DNA from: Octopus vulgaris
Taxonomy: Eukaryota
Direction of reading: 5' to 3'
Assembly (NCBI GenBank): GCA_951406725.2
Contig: OX597827.1
Coordinates: 1,488,001-1,552,000 of the forward strand
Length of the DNA: 64,000 bases
Below the pieces are notes generated by a model that saw only the letters and a program-made list of their open reading frames with translations, was not told the DNA's origin and made no database searches. A program made the position numbers and the translations under genes. Below, piece after piece: positions 55,605 to 64,000 of the stretch (position 1 is its first letter; every line of letters starts with the position of its first letter).

Positions 55605-55816
55605 CATATGTATACATACATATGTATACACATGCAAGTAAATAATAAATGGTTCTTCCTAGAATTTCCAAGCAGGAGTGTTCAGTTGTGTGAGTAACTG
55701 CACTACCAAACTTATTGAATTAGCCTGTAAATGGTTGTGTATACCCCTACATACCTAATGTATGTATAATTGTATATATGTATGTATGTATGTATGCATG
55801 CATATGTGTGTATGTG

Positions 55817-55873
<57 letters not shown>

Positions 55874-55890
55874 GCATGTGTCTATGTATG

Positions 55891-55921
<31 letters not shown>

Positions 55922-56636
55922 CTACTGTATACTCCAGTCCAGTAAAGACCATGAACTTTCATTCTTCCATCATGGTACAGTCGGTCCTATTGGTTTGAAA
56001 GTAGTAAAGATAATACGAAACTTGTTTCAGCTATACTAATTCTGATGAAAATAATCTTTAGGAAATCTAGAAAATGGATAACAATAATAATAACGAATGC
56101 CCTGATGCAATGCCAAGCATTGGCTCTCACAGATCCTGATCTTAACTGATTGGAAGTGCTATCATGTACATATTTTGTCTTGGTATAAAAGATGGGCTAC
56201 ATCAAATAATCTGCTCCCTACCATAAATTTGCTTGTCAGTTGTTTGACCGTAACCAATTGAGCATGTCCTTAGTGACTGACAAAATGTGCATTTCTGATC
56301 ATGAGCAGAAGTTGTTGGGGAGCATTACAGCCATGTGTTGAGAGGAATTCTTTAGTGTTTGAAAAATTCACCTTTGGAAACCCTTATTCAGGGACTTTAT
56401 GAGCAGGGTGGGCTATTTGACCTGAAGAAAATTCAAACTGTTTTACAGTCACATTGTTTTATATTCAGGTACACGGTCTGATATTTTGGGCAGGTGTCTT
56501 TTAGCATAGTTCTAGGTTGTTAGATGCACTGCATTTGTTTTTGGTTCATGGTTTTGAGTTCAAACAGAGGTACGGCCATGTTGTAAAGATGGTCACTTCA
56601 CACACAAACACACACACAATGTGTTCTCTCTCTCTT

Positions 56637-56670
<34 letters not shown>

Positions 56671-56722
56671 AAATACTTCTATAAGCACCTTCTTATATAC
56701 ATACACACACACATATATATGC

Positions 56723-56753
<31 letters not shown>

Positions 56754-57339
56754 TGTATGTATGCATGCATGTATGTATGTATGTATGTATGAGTGAATCT
56801 ATCTCCCAATCTATCTATCTACCTATACATATATATATTTGTATGTATATATCTATCATATTTATACTTATATATATGTATTAAACAGACACACACACAT
56901 AACTGTATATATGTGCATACATATACACACAGCACATACATAAGCATGTATGTATGAGTGTATATGCATGCATATATATGTACACACACATAAACATAGA
57001 GAGAACGAGAGAGAGAGAGAGAGAGGGAGAGGGAGCAAGAATAGACTTAGGGATGGAAATTGTTAAATAATTTGAAATATTTTTCCAGCACAATGGTAAG
57101 AAAGAGACGGAATAAAAAGAAAGAACAGAAAAAAAAAAAAACCACAGGAAAATACAAACAGCAATTTATTTCTGCCTAATGCATTAAAAGCGGTCTATTA
57201 GTAAAATATTAGAGTTTTTAACAAGCTACAATTAAATAATGTCATACAAATAAAAGGACAGCTAAATTTATTTTATACACAAGAAACACATTGAATATAG
57301 AAAAGGAGTTTGAAGTAATATACAAACATACATACAGGC

Positions 57340-57398
<59 letters not shown>

Positions 57399-57720
57399 TG
57401 ATGTACATAGATAAGAACAAACATTATACAACAGTAAACAGAATTGTATGTTTGTCTATATATTTGTGTATGCGTGCATGTGTGTGTGTCTGTGTGTGTT
57501 TGTGTGCATGTGTGTTGTATACACATACTTGTAGCCACGTACATGCACACACAAACTCTAACACACATACATATATATATATATATGTCTATGACTGCAC
57601 AAGCAAGCATATATATATATATATATATATATGCACATATTCACACACACACACATCTATATATACATACACATATATATATATAAATATATATATATAT
57701 TCATATACATCTATCTATAG

Positions 57721-57778
<58 letters not shown>

Positions 57779-57978
57779 TTACATATATATACATATATAT
57801 ATATATGACATTATATATATATATATACATATACATATACATACATACATACATACATACATGCATACATACATACATATATATATATATATATGTATAA
57901 CATTATATATGTCTGAATATTTCATAAACTTTTCTGAAGCTTTTTCTAAGTTTTAAAATTTGGTTTGTAGATTTATAG

Positions 57979-58047
<69 letters not shown>

Positions 58048-58710
58048 GTCTCTCTCTCTCGCTTATAGATTTTTCTTTGATTAATCAAATACAAATGTAT
58101 AAAAATAAAAAAAAATAATTTAAACATTTTTATTCTTAAGAATAAATATTATTTTCAAAAACTTGTTAATGCACTTCGAAAACAATGAAGGCTGCAAGTC
58201 TATAAAGAATCAGGCAAACAAAGAAATGGAATTCTTAAAGAATTCTCTGGCTTCAAAATTAAAAGGCTTGAAAGGAACATTTGGGAAAATGACTAAGAAG
58301 TTGATTTTTAGGATGATACATGGGTGTGTGTGTGTATGTGCATGTGCGTGTGTTTGTGTGTGTATGTGTGTGTGTAATATATATATATGTATATGTATAT
58401 GTGTGTATATATATGTATGTATATATATATATCATCATCATCATCATCATTGTTTAACGTCCGTTCTCCATGCTAGCATGGGTTGGACGGTTCGACCGGG
58501 GATCTGGGAAGCCAGAAGGCTGCACCAGGCTCCAGTCTTATCTGGCAATGTTTCTACAGCTGGATGCCCTTCCTAACGCCAACCACTCCGTGAGTGTAGT
58601 GGGTGCTTTTTACGTGCCACCTGCACGTAAAATATTAGGGAATAAATCCAAACTTACAGGGAAAAATCAGATTTAGGATTGAATCCAATTTCATAGTAAA
58701 ATATTATTTT

Positions 58711-59134
58711 ATATTAAATTAGAGATAAAACCACTATTAGGCAAATCATACAATGAAAAACTTAAGCCAATACATAAGATTATTTAATTTATATTATTTA
58801 AATATATAACAAAATTATTAAAAAAATATAATTAATATAACACTACGATCGTTTCATGGCTGTTAATTTCTTTAAATTTTCGAGTTACAGTCATTCATCA
58901 GGTGGTTTAAATATTTAACTTGGCGAGGCTTAATCATTGATTAAACCTCGCCAAGTTAAACTCGAAAATTTAAAGAAATTAACAGCCATGAAACGATCGT
59001 AGTGTTATATTAATTATATTTTTTTAATAATTTTGTTATATATTTAAATATTATAAATTAAATAATCTTATGTATTGGCTTAAGTTTTTCATTGTATGAT
59101 TTGCCTAATAGTGGTTTTATCTCTAATTTAATAT
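58711..59134. mobile_element. Near-perfect palindromic PLE-like element (young)
   Basis: Centre at 58937 (ttaatca-t-tgattaa). The arms are almost identical apart from 29 nt (58885-58913) absent from the right arm. Confidence 0.9.
58841..58904 (-). ncRNA. Type I hammerhead ribozyme, intact core
   Basis: cac-CTGATGA-atgactgt...acagccat-GAAAC-gatc-GTA-gtg; palindromic helix III ACGATCGT. Confidence 0.8.
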
Positions 59135-59315
59135 TATATATATATATATATACATACAGGAGTGGCTCTGTGGTAAGTAGCTTGCTAACCAACCACATGG
59201 TTCCGGGTTCAGTCCCACTGCGTGGCATCTTGGGCAAGTGTCTTCTGCTATAGCCCCGGGCCGACCAATGCCTTGTGAGTGGATTTGGTAGACGGAAGCT
59301 GAAAGAAGCCTGTCG

Positions 59316-59350
<35 letters not shown>

Positions 59351-59568
59351 TTGTGTGCCTGTGTTTGTCCCCCTAGCATTGCTTGACAACCGATGCTGGT
59401 GTGTTTACGTCCCCGTCACTTAGCGGTTCGGCAAAAAGAGACCAATAGAATAAGTACTGGGCTTACAAAGAATAAGTCCTGGGGTCGATTTGCTTGACTA
59501 AAGGCGGTGCTCCAGCATGGCCGCAGTCAAATGACTGAAACAAATAAAAGAGTAAAAGAGTAAAGAGT

Positions 59569-59645
<77 letters not shown>

Positions 59646-60002
59646 CATATATACACATGTATTTATGTAAATATGTGTATGCATGTATAAGCCTGTGTGA
59701 GTAGCCTTAACTCTTTTAGCACTAAAAGAATGAAAGTACTCATTACATATGCCAGAGTATCTGCAATTATATGGAGCCTAGACCTTTCCTTTCAGCCAAC
59801 CTTCTACGACTTATGTATTTCTGCTTCTCAGTATTACTTACACACACACACGCACACACACACACACATACACACACACTCATATAAATATAAAAATGTA
59901 ATAAAATATCGTAACGATAAATTAATATTATGACATATTAAATGTTATAATAGAGGTGGCTAGAGCAACTGAAAACCAAAAAGGTAGAATACATAAATAA
60001 TA

Positions 60003-60087
<85 letters not shown>

Positions 60088-60767
60088 GGTGCAAGAGTGG
60101 TTGTGTGGTAAGAAGCTTCCTTCCCAGTAACATGGTTCCCAGTTCAGTCTCACTGCATGGCACCTTGGGCAAGTGTCTTCTACTATAGCCTCAGATCGAC
60201 CAAAGTCTTGTGAGTAGATCTGGTAGACGGAAACTGAAAGAAGCCCATTGTATGTATATATGTATGTATGTATATATATATATATGATATATGCATATAT
60301 ACATAAACGTATGTATTCGTGTCTGTGTTTGTCCCCCACCATTGCTTGACAACTGATGTTTGTATCTTTACGTCCCTGTAACTCAATGGTTCAGCAAAAG
60401 AATGTGTCCTGAGGTCAACTTGTTTGACTAAAGACAGTGCTCCAGCATGGCCACAGTCAAAAATGTCTGCAATAAGTAAAAGAGTGAATATCAATTAACC
60501 TTTACGTTTTACTTGTTTCAGTCGTTAGACTCTGGCCAAGCTCTTTGAAGAATTTTTACTTTCCTGAATTGACCCTAGTAGTCATGTCTTTAAGCCTGGC
60601 ACTTTATTCTATGAACTCTTTTGCTAAACTGCTAAGTTACAGTGATGTAAACACACTGAGACCTGTTTTCAAATGGTGGTGGTTGGGGAAGAACAAACAT
60701 AGACTCAAAGACACTCACAAACTCATCCATCTATCTATCTATCTATATATTTACATATATAAATATT

Positions 60768-60841
<74 letters not shown>

Positions 60842-62089
60842 GGACTTCTTTCAGTTTCCATTCATCACATCCACTCACAAGGCTTTGGTCAGCCTGAGAC
60901 TATAATAGAAGACACTTGCCTGAGGTGCCATACAGTGGCACTGAATCTGGAATATAGTCACGCCTGCACCTCTCTGTGCAGTGGCTATCTATCATAGATG
61001 AAAGCTGACTGTTCTGTTCAGAGAGGATAAGTGTTCAGCAATGACCTTGACCCTCAGGTGTGAGCTACCTCTATGCAGAGCCCTTGCTAGCAGCATCCAG
61101 TTACTTACACCTGCTGTCAACACATTTCCTCAATTGCCACCTGGTTTCCCATGTCTCTGAACAAACTGCCTTTGAACGGTTATTAAAGCAGTTGGCATTG
61201 TCTCCTCCACCAAATGGACTCTCTCAATTCACGTACATATAATGGCCTTGTCTGCCACCAGGGAGGCACTGAGACAAATGAGGAACTGAATGAAGAAAGA
61301 AATACTTGGTAAGGTGGATAAGCTGTTGATGATGATGATGATGTTATAAAGGCATAACTTCAGGGTAAGAAATTTGCTTCCCAGCCACATGGTTTGGGGT
61401 TCTGTCCCACTGCATGGCACCTTGAGCAAGTGTCTTCAACTATAACCTCAGGTTAACCAAAGGCATGTTAGTGGACTTGGTGATCCGTCACTCTATATGT
61501 GTGTGTGATTGTGTGTGTGTGTGTCCCCTTCTGTCAGTGTTTTTCCCCACACAACCACTTGACAACCAGGGTTGGTTTCTTTACATCCTTGTGACTCAGT
61601 GTTTTCACAAATGAGATTAATAAAATAAGTACCAGGCTGGAGTCAATTCAAATGTGGTACCCCAGCATGGCCACACTGTCTAATGACTGAAATAAAGGAA
61701 AGATAAAAGATATATTCACACACACACACACACACCTATACGCACATATATGTACATATGCACAATATGTTGTGGAGAGTAAATGAGCGATGAGCCAAAC
61801 TAGTTTCTCTCCTGTAATGGGATTTCTTCAACAACTAAGTCCACTCTTTAAGCTGTCACATGGATACTGTTAATAAATCAACTATTTCAAAGAGCTTAAG
61901 CACATCAGATAAATTGATTTGCATAAATTTTGTATTTTGACAGCTAGATCAATTAATAAATTGCTGTTAAATTAACATTGTTTCATTTCAGTGTTATGCT
62001 GTTGTATAGCTGATGTCTGTACCACAGTTAAAGAAAGTATGCAGTCGTTAAAGAAAGTATTTCAATATAGGCTGACAAACATACAGACA

Positions 62090-62240
<151 letters not shown>

Positions 62241-62400
62241 AAATGGATAGGTAGATTTAGAGATGGAGAAACAAATAGATAGTCAAGCCGGCAGGTAGAC
62301 AGATAGACAGATAGACAGATAAACAAATTGACATTCAGACCAACAGACTGAAAGACAGACAGACAGACAGATATTGAGACAGATCATTTACAATATATAT

Positions 62401-62440
<40 letters not shown>

Positions 62441-63351
62441 GGGTAACAGACAAAAATAGAAAGCTGTGATGCAAACACTTATAACTTTTAATCAGTAAAA
62501 ACATCAACATTTTTGCTATATTTAAAGTGAATTGTCCAAGTGTGTTCCTTCTATTGCGAAACTGGTCTGCAGTCTCTTGGGTATTTGTAACATAAATCAG
62601 TTGTCAAGGGTGGAACCAAAAAATGGCACAGTCACAGACAGTACAGATAGTTTGTTAAATATGGCTCACCTGGGAATAACCACAACAACAATAAGAACAA
62701 GATATCGCAATGCATAACAACAAGCATATGAGGAACCTTCGATGCGACCACTCAATGTGTTAAGTATAGCAGCCAAATTTCTCTCAAGAGGAAAGTCATT
62801 TTGGATGATGAAGTTATAGGTACACTATAGATAAAAACCAAAATAAACTCAGTAAATATCGCTGGTTATTTGAATATTTATATACCATGTTAATGGCTAC
62901 TGGCACTCCATTAGTTATGACGATGTGTGTTCCAGTTAATTCGATCAATAGAACAGCTTGTTCCTGAAATTAATAGGCTAGTGGCTGAGAACTCCACAGA
63001 CACACATACCCTCAACGTAGTTCCCGGAGAGATTCAACGGGACACAGAAAGTGATGAGGCTGGTCTTTGTAATACGGGTACCACTCAATTTTGCCAGCTG
63101 AGTAAACTGGAGCAACATGAAATAAAGTGTCTTGCTAAAGAACAAAATATGCTGCTAACAATCGAACTCATGTCCTTATGATCGTGGACTAAATGCCCTA
63201 ACCACTAAGCTATATGCCATACACACACACAACTGATGAAGGGTCATTCCTTGTACTACTTGTCCTTTTCCTCTCTTGTTATTTGCGTATTTAACACATT
63301 TGTTTTCGTAGTTCATGCTGTTTACTATTGGTAATGTCCTGTACCCATATA

Positions 63352-63406
<55 letters not shown>

Positions 63407-63800
63407 ATAAATACACCCTTTTAAAGCCTAGCTAGGCTCATGGGCCCAGTTTCCCAGTTTCAATGAAGTATATGTTCCCCAGCTGGACGGGACGCCAGTC
63501 CATCACAGCGTTACTCAATTTTGCCAGCTGAGTGGACTGGAGCAATGTGAACTGAAGTGTTTTGCTCAAGAACACAACACATCACTCAGTCCAGGAATCG
63601 AAACCACAATCTTACGATACTGACACCCTAACCACTAAGCCATGTGCCTATACACACACACATATACACACACACAAAACTCACACACATATATATAAAG
63701 TTAATCGAAAGATGAAAACACAAAGAGAAAGCACAACAACGTGAGGACGTGGAACAAATATAGTATTATTGGACTCTCAGGAAGGAAGGGAAGAAGGAGG

Positions 63801-63835
63801 GTTTACCATTTCGAGCGGAGCTCTTCGTCAGAAAC
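63801..63835 (-). ncRNA. Minimal PLE-type hammerhead motif (helix III decayed or absent) in a pLTR-like fragment, about 63700-63900
   Basis: gttt-CTGACGA-a-gagc-tcc-gctc-GAAA-tggt-aaac: perfect 4-bp helices I and II. Confidence 0.6.
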
Positions 63836-63903
63836 ATAGGAAAAGGAAAGATCCAGAGAAGGGAAGACGGAGGGAAAAAAATCGCCAACGGTACACACAT
63901 GGT

Positions 63904-63971
<68 letters not shown>

Positions 63972-64000
63972 AACACACACACACACACATATATATATAT

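Noticed and set aside
56038-56075. CTGATGA...GAAA on the plus strand
   Set aside because: Helix II and helix III do not pair.
61110-61286. Minus-strand segment with good acceptor and donor
   Set aside because: Stops in all three frames; could be a non-coding exon but is unsupported.
63232-63260. CTGATGA followed by a short stem
   Set aside because: No GAAA half of the core.

Overview
AT-rich, gene-poor eukaryotic DNA. The SINE repertoire, the density of (TA)n/(CA)n/(CATA)n/(TAA)n microsatellites and the LINE types point to an octopus (cephalopod) intronic or intergenic region; this assignment is an inference from recalled repeat families, not a database match. Nearly all ORFs in the supplied track are translated microsatellites or SINEs. 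The window contains about 50 copies of 4-5 modular tRNA-derived SINE families. It also holds fragments of RTE (2), Tx1/L1, R4/Dong-like RLE, CR1 and Penelope (GIY-YIG) retroelements, and remnants or MITEs of Tc1/mariner, hAT, piggyBac, Tigger and Helitron/Helentron. Two unique segments look like minus-strand coding exons of an unidentified host gene. The most notable signal is about a dozen minimal type-I hammerhead ribozyme motifs with a palindromic helix III, of the kind known from Penelope-like elements. Several sit in both arms of 130-520 bp head-to-head palindromes, usually bounded by (TA)n; some have greatly extended helix II and variant cores. A SINE/Tx1-LINE shared 3' tail and an RLE element sitting in (CATA)n are also visible. 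All folding and alignment were done by eye.
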